A stretch of 64,000 nt of DNA from an uncultured Anaerolineales bacterium (GTDB lineage: Bacteria; Chloroflexota; Anaerolineae; UBA1429), in the NCBI GenBank assembly GCA_964407215.1, contig CAYOUT010000016.1, forward strand, positions 4,473-68,472, read 5' to 3'. How positions within the stretch are numbered: the first letter of the stretch is position 1; the number at the start of each line of letters is the position of its first letter. The notes under the pieces are model-generated. The model was not told where the DNA came from, made no database searches, and worked only from the letters and a program-made list of their open reading frames with translations. A program made the translations under genes and the position numbers. Below, piece after piece: positions 46,127 to 57,100 of the stretch.

Positions 46127-47206
46127 CTAGTAGCGCCCGTAGGTGTGGGTGGTTTCGTACAAAGCCAGGACGTTCTCGGTGGGAGAGTTGTCCTGCAGAG
46201 CGTGCGCGGGCGACATCGCATAGCCTCCACCGGGCATCATGATAGCCAGGGTCTCGCGCACATCCTCCACTACCTCGTCGACCGTGCCGAAAGCCACCGG
46301 GCCCGCCGTAGAAATACATCCGTGAAACGCCAGTTTGTCGCCAAAGCGCTCTTTGAGGTAGCGCGGCGCCATGTCTTTGACCTCCGGCTGGAGGGTGTCT
46401 ACCACGCTGACCCCGAGCGCGATGTAATCGTCGTAAGCCCAACTGCTCGAGCCGCAAGTGTGTAGCACGGTCGGGAGGTTGTGAGCATGCCCCAGCTCTA
46501 TGAAGCGCTTGTGGCGCGGGAGCACCTGCTTCTCGAACAGGGGGCGGCTGATGATGGGGCCGCGCTGTGTGCCCAGGTCCTCGCCCATCCACAAGAGGTC
46601 GTATCGGCCCTCCGCCGCTTCGATGGTGCGCTGAAGCACTTCAAAGCGCACATTCAGCAACCGATCCACCAAGCACATCCCGGCCTCGTCATCGGTGATC
46701 AAGTCCATAAAGACCTGATCCATGCTCCGCAGCCGGCCGGTAAAGTTGATGACGGTGCTCACGCCCGAGTTGCCAGCGATGACACAGTAGGGTTCGTACG
46801 CCTTGCACTGCGCAGCCACCACCGAGTAGTCGAAATCGTCGGGCGAGGGGAGCGGCCAGGCATCGATCTCCTCGAGCGTGGCGCTCTTCAGAGGAAAGTC
46901 GCAAAGGTCCCAGTAGCCGCCCGATGAGTGTTCGATCCAGCGATAGTGCATACCCCAGATGTCTATCTGGCGCTCGGGCACATCGGCGTGAAGCTTGGGG
47001 CCGACATACGGGGCGCTCACATGGCGGAAATCGACGCCCAGCGCTTGGCGCAGCCCCTCGTCGTCTGTGGCCGAGAGACCAAAGTGTTCTTTAACGCGCC
47101 TGTCTATGCCGGGGTTGGCGCTATAGTTGATCGGCACACGGTCGGGCTCTTGGCGGGCAAAGGCCGTCAGCGCCCGCTCTTTCGAGGTCATCGTACGCTT
47201 GCTCAC
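46127..47206 (-). CDS. Uroporphyrinogen-decarboxylase (URO-D) family protein, paralog
   Basis: MSKRTMTSKERALTAFARQEPDRVPINYSA…, a second URO-D-family member 21 nt upstream of the first. Confidence 0.8.
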   Translation of the reverse strand: MSKRTMTSKERALTAFARQEPDRVPINYSANPGIDRRVKEHFGLSATDDEGLRQALGVDFRHVSAPYVGPKLHADVPERQIDIWGMHYRWIEHSSGGYWDLCDFPLKSATLEEIDAWPLPSPDDFDYSVVAAQCKAYEPYCVIAGNSGVSTVINFTGRLRSMDQVFMDLITDDEAGMCLVDRLLNVRFEVLQRTIEAAEGRYDLLWMGEDLGTQRGPIISRPLFEKQVLPRHKRFIELGHAHNLPTVLHTCGSSSWAYDDYIALGVSVVDTLQPEVKDMAPRYLKERFGDKLAFHGCISTAGPVAFGTVDEVVEDVRETLAIMMPGGGYAMSPAHALQDNSPTENVLALYETTHTYGRY

Positions 47207-47299
47207 ACTAGCCTCCGGTTCACTGCATCAAAAGGGAAATGCGGGCACCCCCAACGAGTAGCTCGTGTCAGGGGCACCCGCGTCGCATTCCGTCGAGTC

Positions 47300-49288
47300 T
47301 CAGTCCTTCACAAAGAACTGCTCGGCACTAAAGTCGATCACGATACCGATGAGATCCTCCGACTCGGGCACGTTGCCATACCTGGCGTTGGTGATCATGG
47401 CCTCTTTGTAATTCTCCAGGATGGGCATGAACCAGATGTTGTCGTGGACGTTCCTGCGCTCCTGTTCGATCACGCTCGCGGCCTCTTCCATGGGCACCGT
47501 CATGCGGTCACCGATCGCCCGGAGATACGCCTGGAACTCCTCGGGCGGTTCCTCGCCCTCTTCGCCGCGCGTGTTCCACCACAGCGTCCAGAGGGGTGCA
47601 GAGACGTCCTGCCCGCGGTTGGGCTGGAACCAGAGGGCCAGAGGTGCAAAGTAGACGGTGGCCTGCAACTCGTTGGCCCCGTTGCGTTGTGACCAGAGGT
47701 TCGCCTCGATGACCTTCATCGACGTTTTAAGGCCGATGCGACCCCAGTTCTCCACCACCAGCTCGGCGATCAGAGCAAAGTTGGCGTCCGAGTTGCTGAT
47801 TTCGAAGGGGATCTCGAAGGTCTTGCCATCGAACCCCAGCCGGTAGCCCTCGTTATCGCGCTGATCCAGGCCTATCTCGTCGAGCAGCTGATTGGCCTTG
47901 TCCGGGTCGAACTCTGAGGGCACGATCGTGGGCAGGGCGCCATACCCCAGGTAGATGGCGTCGATGATCTCCTCGCGGTCGATGGCCATGTTCAGGGCCT
48001 GGCGGAAACGCAGGTCTTGCACCGCCTGGAGCCAAGCGGGGTCGTCGTAGGTGAGGTTGAGGTGCACGAGGCTGCCGTTGGTGTGGTCGGTGACCAGGCG
48101 CGCCTTGAAGCCGCCAACCTCCTCGTTCTCTTTGTAGAGCGCCATCTTGGTGAGCGATGTGAATCGGTAGGAGCAGTCGATCTCTCCGGCGATCTGGGCG
48201 AGCGAAAAGCTCTCGGGGTTGGAAAAGATCCGGCTGCTGATTCTGTCTATGTACGGCAGCTGCTGGCCGGCAGCGTCCACCTTGAAATAGTAGGGGTTCC
48301 GCAAAAAGGCCTTGCGATCCTGCGATTCCTCGGCGAGCAGCCAGGGCTGCAGACTGGGAAAGCCGATGGCTTCGGTCTTGTAGATCCCCGCCACACCCGT
48401 GACATCCTTCATGGAGAACAGCTGCACCCAAGTATCGACGCCCGCCTGCTCAACCAGAGCTTCGAGCTCCGCCGCGTCGGCGTGCTTGGGGTGGAACTGT
48501 TTCAGATAGTGAGCGGGTTTGATGATCTCCTGATAGCCACGCCAACCCGCCACCGCCAGTTGCGCGAGGAAACCGCCGTAGGGCTTGGCAAAGCTCATCC
48601 GGAAGGTGAAATCGTCGATGATCTCGTACGCAAAGGGCTCGCCACCGGGCTGGTTCGCAGCGCGCAACCAGGCGGGCAGGCCGGAGGTGTACTCTTGGTT
48701 CATGAGCACGTCCTCGAAGCAAAAGCGTACATCCTCCGTAGTGACCGGTTCGCCGTCGGACCATTTGAGCCCTTCACGCATGTAGAAAGTGAATTGCATC
48801 TGGTCGTCGCTCACCTCAAAGTCCTTGACGACGTTCGGCGTCACGTCTTGGTGGATGATGCCAGAGATGTTGACCAGCGGCTCGTTGCAGGCGCAAAAGA
48901 GCTCGGCGTCCAAAGTGGGATCGGTGGTACCGAACCGAATCTCGCCACCGTACTGGCCTATCTCGAGCTCTAGCTCGGAGGGCGGGAACTCGTTAACGAG
49001 CTTGGGCTCCAGCGGTAGGCGATCCTCGACGGGCGGGAGCTCGCCGGCGGCAACTTTTTCAGCCAACATGGGGGCCTCTCCAAACCCACTCTCGGACGCT
49101 GTGGGGGGCTCTTCGGCCGGGGCCGGAGCCGTGGCCTCGGTAGCTGGGGCCTCCTCCTCGGGCACATCGGTGGCCGCAACCTCCGGAGCCGGTGCGGGAG
49201 CTTTGGGGCCGCAGGCTGCCAACACCCCGCCTGCAGTGGCCAGAGCAGATAGATGCAAGAAACTACGTCGGCTGATTCTCGGTCTCAT
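47300..49288 (-). CDS. ABC transporter substrate-binding protein, family 5 (peptide/oligosaccharide type), TAT/lipoprotein signal
   Basis: MRPRISRRSFLHLSALATAGGVLAACG (twin-arginine plus lipobox), followed by an SBP_bac_5 fold. AGGAGGA RBS 7 nt before the ATG. No permease or ATPase genes are adjacent. Confidence 0.85.
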   Translation of the reverse strand: MRPRISRRSFLHLSALATAGGVLAACGPKAPAPAPEVAATDVPEEEAPATEATAPAPAEEPPTASESGFGEAPMLAEKVAAGELPPVEDRLPLEPKLVNEFPPSELELEIGQYGGEIRFGTTDPTLDAELFCACNEPLVNISGIIHQDVTPNVVKDFEVSDDQMQFTFYMREGLKWSDGEPVTTEDVRFCFEDVLMNQEYTSGLPAWLRAANQPGGEPFAYEIIDDFTFRMSFAKPYGGFLAQLAVAGWRGYQEIIKPAHYLKQFHPKHADAAELEALVEQAGVDTWVQLFSMKDVTGVAGIYKTEAIGFPSLQPWLLAEESQDRKAFLRNPYYFKVDAAGQQLPYIDRISSRIFSNPESFSLAQIAGEIDCSYRFTSLTKMALYKENEEVGGFKARLVTDHTNGSLVHLNLTYDDPAWLQAVQDLRFRQALNMAIDREEIIDAIYLGYGALPTIVPSEFDPDKANQLLDEIGLDQRDNEGYRLGFDGKTFEIPFEISNSDANFALIAELVVENWGRIGLKTSMKVIEANLWSQRNGANELQATVYFAPLALWFQPNRGQDVSAPLWTLWWNTRGEEGEEPPEEFQAYLRAIGDRMTVPMEEAASVIEQERRNVHDNIWFMPILENYKEAMITNARYGNVPESEDLIGIVIDFSAEQFFVKD

Positions 49289-49597
49289 ACTGGGTCCTCC
49301 TCTTGTAGGCATCGGAACGATATCCCCAAAGCGCGATACAGTGCCCGGCCGCCCGTCGGCACGGCTGCACGCGCACCCGTGCTATGATACTGCATGTAAC
49401 CACAGCTATCAACTCGACTCCACACGCAGAATGATCAGCGAGCGCGTTCACTCACCTAGATCGACCCTGTAAAGGGGTCCTTCAAACGATGATTGCCCCG
49501 GAGGGAGCTGGGGCGAGCGGGAGGGCTCGGCGGATCGCACCCGCTACGTTGACGAGTGCGGCCCGCTATCAACCGGCTTTCCATCGCTCGTCGCTAC

Positions 49598-49648
49598 AGG
49601 GGACGACCCGCATGCGCTGTGAGCGCGCATCAGGGGTCGTCCCCTTTT
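49598..49648 (+). terminator. Orphan intrinsic terminator oriented for the + strand (AGGGGACGACCC…GGGTCGTCCCCT-TTTT)
   Basis: 12-bp perfect stem at 49598-49609 / 49634-49645 with a structured 24-nt loop, followed by TTTTCG. There is no + strand CDS upstream. Confidence 0.5.
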
Positions 49649-49687
49649 CGAACGTAGCCGCTCGGCACCGTGCATTAGCGCTGCACT

Positions 49688-50122
49688 CTACAAATGTACA
49701 ATCTCGAAATCGCCCCAATGCTCGCGCAGATACTCGGCGACCAGCCGCCTATGGCAATGCTGGGGGCTGGGCTCGCTGCAAAGCAGGCATGCGCCGTCCA
49801 GCACCTCTTTCGGCACACTGTTCTCCACTTTGGTCTCGGCGAGCAGCTCCAGAAAGTCGTGCTCGTACTTGTCCCAGTCACGACCGTGCTTTCGGTAAGT
49901 GTCCAGTATCTCTTGCGTAGGAGCGAGCTCCAGCATGTGCAGATAGTCTATGCCGTTGATCACGCGGAGAAAGTAGCGCAGATCGTCGCGCTTGGTAAAG
50001 GCGGCCAGTTGCGATGTGTTGCTGCGTCGAATATCCACTACCCGTACCAAGCCCGGTTGTTCGAGCTGCGTGAAAAACTCCTCGGCACTCTTTTTGGCGA
50101 ACCCGATGGTGTAGACCCTCAT
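49688..50122 (-). CDS. DUF488 family protein
   Basis: MRVYTIGFAKKSAEEFFTQLEQPGLVRVVDIRR…, typical of ~140-aa DUF488 proteins. The longer N-terminal extension of ORF 49688..50593 is rejected as Arg-rich and unstructured-looking. Confidence 0.75.
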   Translation of the reverse strand: MRVYTIGFAKKSAEEFFTQLEQPGLVRVVDIRRSNTSQLAAFTKRDDLRYFLRVINGIDYLHMLELAPTQEILDTYRKHGRDWDKYEHDFLELLAETKVENSVPKEVLDGACLLCSEPSPQHCHRRLVAEYLREHWGDFEIVHL

Positions 50123-50645
50123 GCTCCACCCTCCTCTTGGGTTTTCGCGTGTGTCATGGCCTCGCTCCGCCGCCTCAGAGATTGCGGCGGGGCCTTGAGC
50201 CCGCCTCTTGCGGAGGGGATCGGGCTCGCGGCGATACCCATGGCACGAAACTCGCGCGTATCGCCCTCGCAGGAGCTCGCGGTCGGCGAGGGTGGGTACG
50301 CCCTCGCGCTCGCGAACGACCTGGCCGGCAGCAATGTGCCCCTTGCCCGACAGAACCCGTCTGCGCGTTGGCGCCCGCCGAGCTCGCGATGGAGGTGTTT
50401 TGAAATAGGGTGGAGAGGCCTCGATGTAGAGGCAGTGAGCAGTCTCTATGTGTGTATATTCGCCGGGCCGGTCGCCCTTCACGATGGCTGTGTGCGTCCG
50501 CACCCGCGGACGTGGCCAAGTACATTGAGGATAGCGCATCAGACGGCGCACGTCAAGTGTTTGCTGGCACCACAACCGCGTTGCTCGGCGCACAGCCCGG
50601 CGAGGTGTGTAGCGAAGGGTTGTGGGTGCATCGGGAGTAGAAGGC

Positions 50646-50682
50646 GAAAAAAAACAGGAGAGACCGCTCTGGCCGTCTCCCC
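50646..50682 (-). terminator. Intrinsic terminator downstream of tRNA-Asn (hairpin + U8)
   Basis: The minus strand reads GGGGAGACggccagagcgGTCTCTCC followed by TTTTTTTT (plus-strand A8 at 50647-50654). Confidence 0.5.
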
Positions 50683-50726
50683 TGTCACTCTATGCATCAA
50701 ACCGGCGCAATACCTAACTTGGAATA

Positions 50727-50800
50727 GGCTCCTCGGGCTGGATTCGAACCAACAACCAACCGGTTAACAGCCGGTCGCTCTACCATTGAGCTACCGAGGA
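50727..50800 (-). tRNA. tRNA-Asn (anticodon GTT)
   Basis: Manually folded. Acceptor TCCTCGG/CCGAGGA, D-arm GCTC-AATGGTA-GAGC, anticodon stem ACCGG/CCGGT with loop CTGTTAA, T-arm GTTGG-TTCGAAT-CCAGC, discriminator G and encoded CC. Confidence 0.8.
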
Positions 50801-50887
50801 ACGCTCTCGCCGAGCACACGGGGGATTGTACACCCGCTCTCGCCCCTCGTCAAATCCACCGCGGATAGCGCGAGGGGGGCGGCAAGC

Positions 50888-52237
50888 CTAGGTGAGATAG
50901 TCTTTCAATTTGCGGCTGTGTTTAGGGTGCCGCAGTTTGCGCAGGGCTTTGGCCTCGATCTGCCGTATCCTCTCGCGGGTGACGCCGAACTGCTGCCCCA
51001 CCTCTTCGAGCGTGCGAGGCTCTCCATCGTCGAGGCCGAAGCGCAGAACGAGCACGTCACGCTCGCGGTCGTTGAGGTCTCCCAGGCTGACGCGCATCTG
51101 TTCGCGCAACAATTCGCGGTTGGTCACCTCCACAGGGCTGGCGATAGAGTCGTCGGGGATGAAATCCACCAACACGCTGTTCTCCTCAGAGCCAACGGGG
51201 GTCTCTAGCGACATGGGCTCCTGAGACACGCGCATCAGTTGACGCACTTTTTCGGCCGCCCGGCGCAGGCGCCGCTGCGCATCCTCAGTGAGCTCCTCGC
51301 CGTCCTCGTGTAGCGAGGCCTCCATCGCCCGGCGATCGGTATCCGAGACGTAATCCAAGTTGAGGGCGATCTCTTCGGGCGTCGGATCGCGCCCGAGCTC
51401 TTGCTGCAGCTCGCGCATGGAGCGCGCCACACGGTTGATCGACTCGACCATATGCACGGGAATGCGAATGGTGCGCGCCTGGTCCGCAATGGACCGAGTG
51501 ATGGCCTGCCGAATCCACCAAGTGGCGTAGGTGCTGAACTTGTACCCCTTGCGGTAATCGAACTTTTCCACCGCGCGCAAGAGGCCCAGGTTCCCCTCCT
51601 GGATCAGGTCCAAGAACGACATGCCACGGCCCGTGTAGCGCTTGGCCACGCTCACCACAAGCCGAAGGTTCGCCTCGGCGAGCAGCTTTTGCGCGATCCG
51701 CCCCTTTTTCAGCTTGAGGTCCAGCGTGTTCCGCTCGACATCGGAGAGTATGTCGCCCTCCACGGCCAGCCGCTCGACGGCTTCAAATCCGCTGTGGATC
51801 GCCTTGGCAAGGCGCACTTCGGCCGCTGCGTCAAGCAAAGGTACACGCCCGATCTCACGCAGGTACATGCGCACGGGGTCCCCCGTGGGCTCGGACACAT
51901 CCACTGTTGGCTTGGCCAGGTCGCTATCCACACCGCCTCCCCGCTCGTCCTCGGTCGCTTCATCCGCTAGTTCGGCCTCGGTCTCGGGCTCTTCCGGTTC
52001 GCTGCCATTGGGCTCCAAGTCACTCTCTATATCCGCCTCGTCCTCATCGTCACTTTCCGCGTCGCTCACCGGGATGCCCATCTCTCCCAGGGCTCGCACC
52101 AGCCCCCGCACCCGCGCGGGATCCTGGGCCTCATGCGGAAAGACCTCGGCGATATCCTGCAAGGTCAACGATTTGGCCGCGAGGCCTTTGGCGAGCAGCA
52201 GGTCCAACCGTTTGTCGCGTTCCATGTCCTGCCCCAT
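50888..52237 (-). CDS. rpoD: RNA polymerase sigma factor RpoD (sigma-70)
   Basis: Regions 1.2-4 ([24 protein letters not shown], a region 4.2 HTH). Acidic region 1.1. Start at [10 protein letters not shown] after GGAGAC. Confidence 0.9.
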   Translation of the reverse strand: MGQDMERDKRLDLLLAKGLAAKSLTLQDIAEVFPHEAQDPARVRGLVRALGEMGIPVSDAESDDEDEADIESDLEPNGSEPEEPETEAELADEATEDERGGGVDSDLAKPTVDVSEPTGDPVRMYLREIGRVPLLDAAAEVRLAKAIHSGFEAVERLAVEGDILSDVERNTLDLKLKKGRIAQKLLAEANLRLVVSVAKRYTGRGMSFLDLIQEGNLGLLRAVEKFDYRKGYKFSTYATWWIRQAITRSIADQARTIRIPVHMVESINRVARSMRELQQELGRDPTPEEIALNLDYVSDTDRRAMEASLHEDGEELTEDAQRRLRRAAEKVRQLMRVSQEPMSLETPVGSEENSVLVDFIPDDSIASPVEVTNRELLREQMRVSLGDLNDRERDVLVLRFGLDDGEPRTLEEVGQQFGVTRERIRQIEAKALRKLRHPKHSRKLKDYLT

Positions 52238-52268
52238 GGCTAGGGGGTCTCCATCAGTAAGTAGTGTT

Positions 52269-54182
52269 TTACCTGAGCTGTTTGCGCCCTGCGAACGTGG
52301 CCGCATGGGCCAGTTGATCGAGCGTCTGATGGCTGCGTGTGCAGCGCTCGATCTGAGCGTTCAGCTCACGCACGAGCTCATCCGCCCCCGCCTCTTGAGC
52401 GTCCTGCAGCAGGAAGCGCAACTCACGAATTAGGCTCGAGAGGTAGGCTTTTTGTAGGCGAGTGGAGCATTTGATGAGGTCCTCTCGAACCAGCTCGGGC
52501 GTCAGCGGTGGCCCCGCCCGAAATGTCTGTAGTACGGATTCTACATGAGCCCTGGACTCGGTGTCAAGCTGGCCAAACGCTGGCGAGAGGGAGTCGATGC
52601 TGGCCAACTCGGCGGGGTCGTGATCGCGCAGCAGCTCGAACGCTTGCCGCTCGCGCACGTCGCCAAAGGCCTCCGCCGAGAGCCCCACTGTGTCCACCAC
52701 ATCCGTCAACAAGCTGGGCCTTGCCAGCAACAGCGCGAGGCAGCGCTGCCCGAGGGAGAGGCCTCTTTGGGCGGGTTCGGGCACGGGGAGCGGCGCTTTG
52801 CTTCGGGTGCGGGTGCGCGGGGAGCCGACCCCCGCCTCCCCGCCGACGCGCAAGCGCTCTACATCGAGTATCAGCGCTCTGTCGTCCATTCGCATCTGCT
52901 GCGCCAGGCGCTGAATATAGTGCGCGCGCTCCACCGCGCTATCCATCGCTGCGAACACGGGCAGCAGCCGATCCACAGCATCGCGCTTGCTCTTGGCGGA
53001 TGCGAGATCGGTGCTCGCCAGCACCAGATTGTAGAAATAGTCGGCCACGGGCAGCGCGCCCTCCACCAAGCGATCCCACTCGGCGCGGTCGCGGAGAACG
53101 AGCTCGTCGGGGTCGAGCCCCTCGGGGAGCACGAGGACGCGCACCTCGGCCTCCAGCTGTCTCTCGTAGCGGATGAGGCCGGTGGCCGTGGGCACCGGCA
53201 CCACGCGATGGTCGAGCGATTCTCGGGCCACCTCGACGCCCCGCTCGGTGGCGCGCATCCCGGCGGCATCGGGGTCCAGCGCCAGGATGAGGACGCGGGT
53301 AATGCGGCGCAGAGCGTCCATGTGCGCCTTGCTCAGCGCGGTGCCCATTACGGCGACCAGGTTGCGAACGCCACACTGGTAGGGCACGATGACGTCCATG
53401 TACCCCTCGACGATGATGGCGGTGCCCGTCTCGCGGATGGCTTGGCGCGCCAAGTCGATGCCGTAGAGCACACTGCCCTTGTCAAAGAGCGGCGTCTGCG
53501 GCGTGTTGAGGTACTTGGGCAGCGAGTCGTCCAGCACGCGGCCAGCAAAGCCGACCACCACCCCCTGAGAATCCCGGATCGGGAATATGAGCCGCGCGCG
53601 AAAGCGATCGTAGACGTTGCCCTTCTCGCTGCGCGTGGTGAGGCCCGCCGTCAGTATGTCCTCGGCCGCGTAACCGGTGGCCCGCAGTCGGCCCTCCATC
53701 CAATGCCACGCATCCGGCGCGTACCCCAGCTGGAAGGTGGCTATCGTCTGCTGGGTGACGCCGCGCCGCTCCAGATAGCGCCTCGTGACCTCCCCTTCGG
53801 GCGAATCCACCAGCGCCCTGTGGAACTCTTGGGCGGCCGCCGCGTTCACCTCCCGAAGCCGGTCCAGCTCGTCGTGGACGCGTATCTCCTCCTGGTCCAA
53901 CGGACGCAGCTCGACCCCGGCCTTGTCGGCCAGCAGCTTGAGCGCCTCGGGGAAATCGAGGTTCTCGATGCGCATGACAAAGGTGAACAGGTCGCCGCCC
54001 GTGGAGCAGGCGCCAAAGCAGTGCCAGTTCTGGCTCTCGGGGAAGACGATGAACGAGGGCGTCTTCTCGGTGTGAAAAGGGCACAGCCCCTTGAAGTTGC
54101 GGCCCGCTTTCTGAAGGGGGACGTACCCGCCGATCACCTCGACGATGTCCAGCCGCTGTTTGATTTCGTCCACGACGCTCAT
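52269..54182 (-). CDS. dnaG: DNA primase
   Basis: Zinc ribbon [11 protein letters not shown]…CFGC, Toprim domain and C-terminal helicase-interaction region. Start at MSVVDEIKQ (cat 54180-54182) after a GGAGAG RBS. Confidence 0.9.
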   Translation of the reverse strand: MSVVDEIKQRLDIVEVIGGYVPLQKAGRNFKGLCPFHTEKTPSFIVFPESQNWHCFGACSTGGDLFTFVMRIENLDFPEALKLLADKAGVELRPLDQEEIRVHDELDRLREVNAAAAQEFHRALVDSPEGEVTRRYLERRGVTQQTIATFQLGYAPDAWHWMEGRLRATGYAAEDILTAGLTTRSEKGNVYDRFRARLIFPIRDSQGVVVGFAGRVLDDSLPKYLNTPQTPLFDKGSVLYGIDLARQAIRETGTAIIVEGYMDVIVPYQCGVRNLVAVMGTALSKAHMDALRRITRVLILALDPDAAGMRATERGVEVARESLDHRVVPVPTATGLIRYERQLEAEVRVLVLPEGLDPDELVLRDRAEWDRLVEGALPVADYFYNLVLASTDLASAKSKRDAVDRLLPVFAAMDSAVERAHYIQRLAQQMRMDDRALILDVERLRVGGEAGVGSPRTRTRSKAPLPVPEPAQRGLSLGQRCLALLLARPSLLTDVVDTVGLSAEAFGDVRERQAFELLRDHDPAELASIDSLSPAFGQLDTESRAHVESVLQTFRAGPPLTPELVREDLIKCSTRLQKAYLSSLIRELRFLLQDAQEAGADELVRELNAQIERCTRSHQTLDQLAHAATFAGRKQLR

Positions 54183-57100
54183 GGTATCTCTCCGAGGCCC
54201 AAGCTCCACAATCGCCCCTGCGCACCTACAAGATAGGCCACTCCGTCGATTTCGTCCAACGCCATCGGCCCCGGCACACTCCCCGGCGCGTCCTGCTCGC
54301 TGCGGATCGCCAACGAGGCCGCGTCGAGCGTGAGGAGCTCTTGGCCCGTCCGGAAGAGCACCCGCTCGCCCGGGCCGTCCACGGCCACCGCCCCCGCACC
54401 CCAGAGGGGGCGGCTGGGGTTGCCCCACAGGGTGTTGAGCACGGCCAGGGTGCTGGTATCGATCACCGAGATCGCGCCGTATTTGGGCGAGAGCCTATGG
54501 GTGACGTAGAGGCGCTGTGAGGCGCCGTCCAGCGCGAGAGCCATCGGGTACCCTGTTGACCCCAACCCGGTCTCGCCGGCCACATCGAGCGTGTCGGCGT
54601 CCAGAGATACGATCTGCGGATGGCTCGCCTGTGCGACGTACAGCCGGCCGGCCGCAGGGTCGACGGCCAACGCCATAGGCACGAGATCCATCGATCGTTC
54701 GGCCAGGGGCGTATGGGTGGTATCGTCCAACGCGACGACGCGAGAGCCCTCGGCATCCGCCACGTACACGCGCCCCGGCGCCAGCGCCAGCGCTACCGGC
54801 CGCCCGAGCCCCGGGAGGGTGGCCTCGAGCGCGCCCGCCGCGCTCCACACCTGCACCTGCCCGCTGGCCGGCAGCGCCGCATAGATGGTGCCGTCACGCT
54901 CGTCCACAGCCAGCGCTGTGGCTTCCCCGCCCAAGTCGGCCTCAAAGAGGGTGCGCCCGCCGATGCCGTCCAGCACCGTGAGGCGAGTGCCCGCCGCGGC
55001 AACCACCCGTCGGCGCGGCGGATCCCAGGCCAGTGCGTGGACGCTGCCCTCGTCCGGCGGCAGCGTGGCCAGCTGGGCGAGCCCCTGCGGACGATCCAGA
55101 GTCGGCTCGTTCAAGGGGCCCGGCTCGAGTGGCGGTGTGCTCTCGCTCTGTAGCGCAGCCGCCGCCCGGCCGGACGGCGGAAAGCGCCCGGCCCTGGAGA
55201 CGATAGGCAGCCAAACCTGCGGCGACCCCAAGTCCGCGGGGATGCCGCAGGCCATCGCTTGCACCGAATCCACATACATGCCGGCGGTGCCTCCCGTCTG
55301 GCCGTTGCGCACGCTAAAGCGCAGCGTCAGCGTGCGGCCCGCGTACCCCAGCAACTCGTGCTCAAAGTAGTTCCAGCGCGCCGAGGCGGACGCGCCCCAA
55401 AAGATCCATTCGACGGTCTCGCCGCTTTCATCCAACAGGATGGCGTATTGGCGATTCCACGAGAGATCGGTGGCCACAGAGTAGTGCCAAAAGCTGATGC
55501 GCAGCGAAGCCGCGTCATCCGGGACGCGAAAAGTCTGTTGCACGGAGGAATAGCTATGCACCCGTGGGCCGTCGACGATGCCGACGCGCATAGCCCGCCG
55601 CCCATCGTGCACCGGCGACGTCACGTACGCGGGGGGGTAGGGACCGTCCAACAGCGTCCATGCGCCGTCCTGTTCGAACCCGCCGTTGCGCAGCAGGGGT
55701 CGGCAGAGTGTGGGGGGCGGCATGGTGCCCGGGGGGGACGTGGGCGTCGGCGCCACGCCGCCACGAACCTGCACGGGAGCCGCGTCGCTCACAGAGAGCG
55801 AGCCCAGGTTGCTGGTGCTCACGCTCGCCTGGCCGGTGTAGGCGCCCGCCACGGGCGACGCTTTTGCCCTGAACCGAACGATGAGCTGCCCCGCTCTTGG
55901 CGCCCCGCTCTTGGGCAGCTGCAGTACAGCGTCGTACTGCGCGTGGCCGTGCCAATCCCACACCGCCCACTCGTGGGAGGGATCCTCGAGCTGGTAAGGG
56001 CACACACCCAGCACCTCGGGCCAGTGTGCCCAGTAGTCGCGGAAAGCGCGCACCATGTAATCGGCGCGGTTGCCCTCTCCGATCTCGGAATAGAGCCAAT
56101 AGAGATCATTGGCGCCCAGCGCATAGCCCGTCTCCGTCAGCAACACCTTCAAGCCGGTGCGCCCCTGGCGAGCCAACTCGGCGAGTTCTATCCGGTAGCT
56201 GTCTATGCTCAGATCGGGGAGGGACAATAGGGGGTCAGCTCGCAAGTTGACCTCCGGCGGGCGGTTGCCGGGGTATGTGTGGGTGGCCCACACATCAAAA
56301 GCGTGCAGCGCCCGGGGCACTGTGGCCATGCCCCGGATGAACTCTACCGGGCCGATATTGCCCCCCGGCGACAGGCCCCCGTTGAGGATCCTGATGCGTG
56401 GGTCGCCGATGGATCGGATGGCGTCGGACACCGCTACCAGGAACCGGGCGTACTCGACGGGGTTGGCCGCGCCGCTCCATTCGTGGTTCAGGTTCGGCTC
56501 GTTCCAAACCTCTATGTAGAGCAGGTGGCCATCCCGCCGGGGGAGCCCCTGCACCACGCGCCGGAACCCGGCCGCGACGGCCGAATAGTCGCCGGTGGGT
56601 GAAGCGACGGGCTTTTCCCACCGCTCGGGGAAGACGTTGCTGTTATAGTGCCCCTCCAGCCGCAGCACGGGCACCAGGCCGCGGTCGTAACAGCCGTTGA
56701 CAAAGTTGATCCAGTTCTGTTGGGGGCCAGAGGTGTCGGCATCGATGGGGTGCAGCAGCTGCTTCACAAAGGCCCCATCGCCCATCAGCCGCTTCACCGA
56801 ATCGAGCTGATAGTTGGTGTCCTCCCATTTCCCCTGCACAAAGGTGTGCATGCCGTATAGCGGTTGCCCGCCGCCGGGGGGGACGGTCAGATCCAGCCAA
56901 GTGAGAAGCGAGCCGTGGATGAGGGGGGTCTGGCTCGATACGCGCACGCCGTTGTTGTAAATCTCGGCGCTGCCCTGCACAAAGGAGAACCCAGTGGGCA
57001 GCCGAAAGGAGACTGTGGTGCCCCGGCCCGACTCCTCGCCAACGTTCTGAACCACTACCGAGTAGGTGAGCTCCTCGCCCGCCGACACCGGCGAGGGCGC

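Noticed and set aside
49688-50593. Extended 301-aa form of the DUF488 gene
   Set aside because: The extra ~157 N-terminal residues are Arg-rich and low-complexity. DUF488 proteins are typically ~120-150 aa. A TTGACG-17-TATCCT promoter lies inside the extension.
50123-50800. Integrated mobile element at tRNA-Asn
   Set aside because: No integrase or recombinase gene, no direct repeat of the tRNA 3' end and no phage or IS ORFs were seen. It is kept only as a low-interest ORF-free gap.
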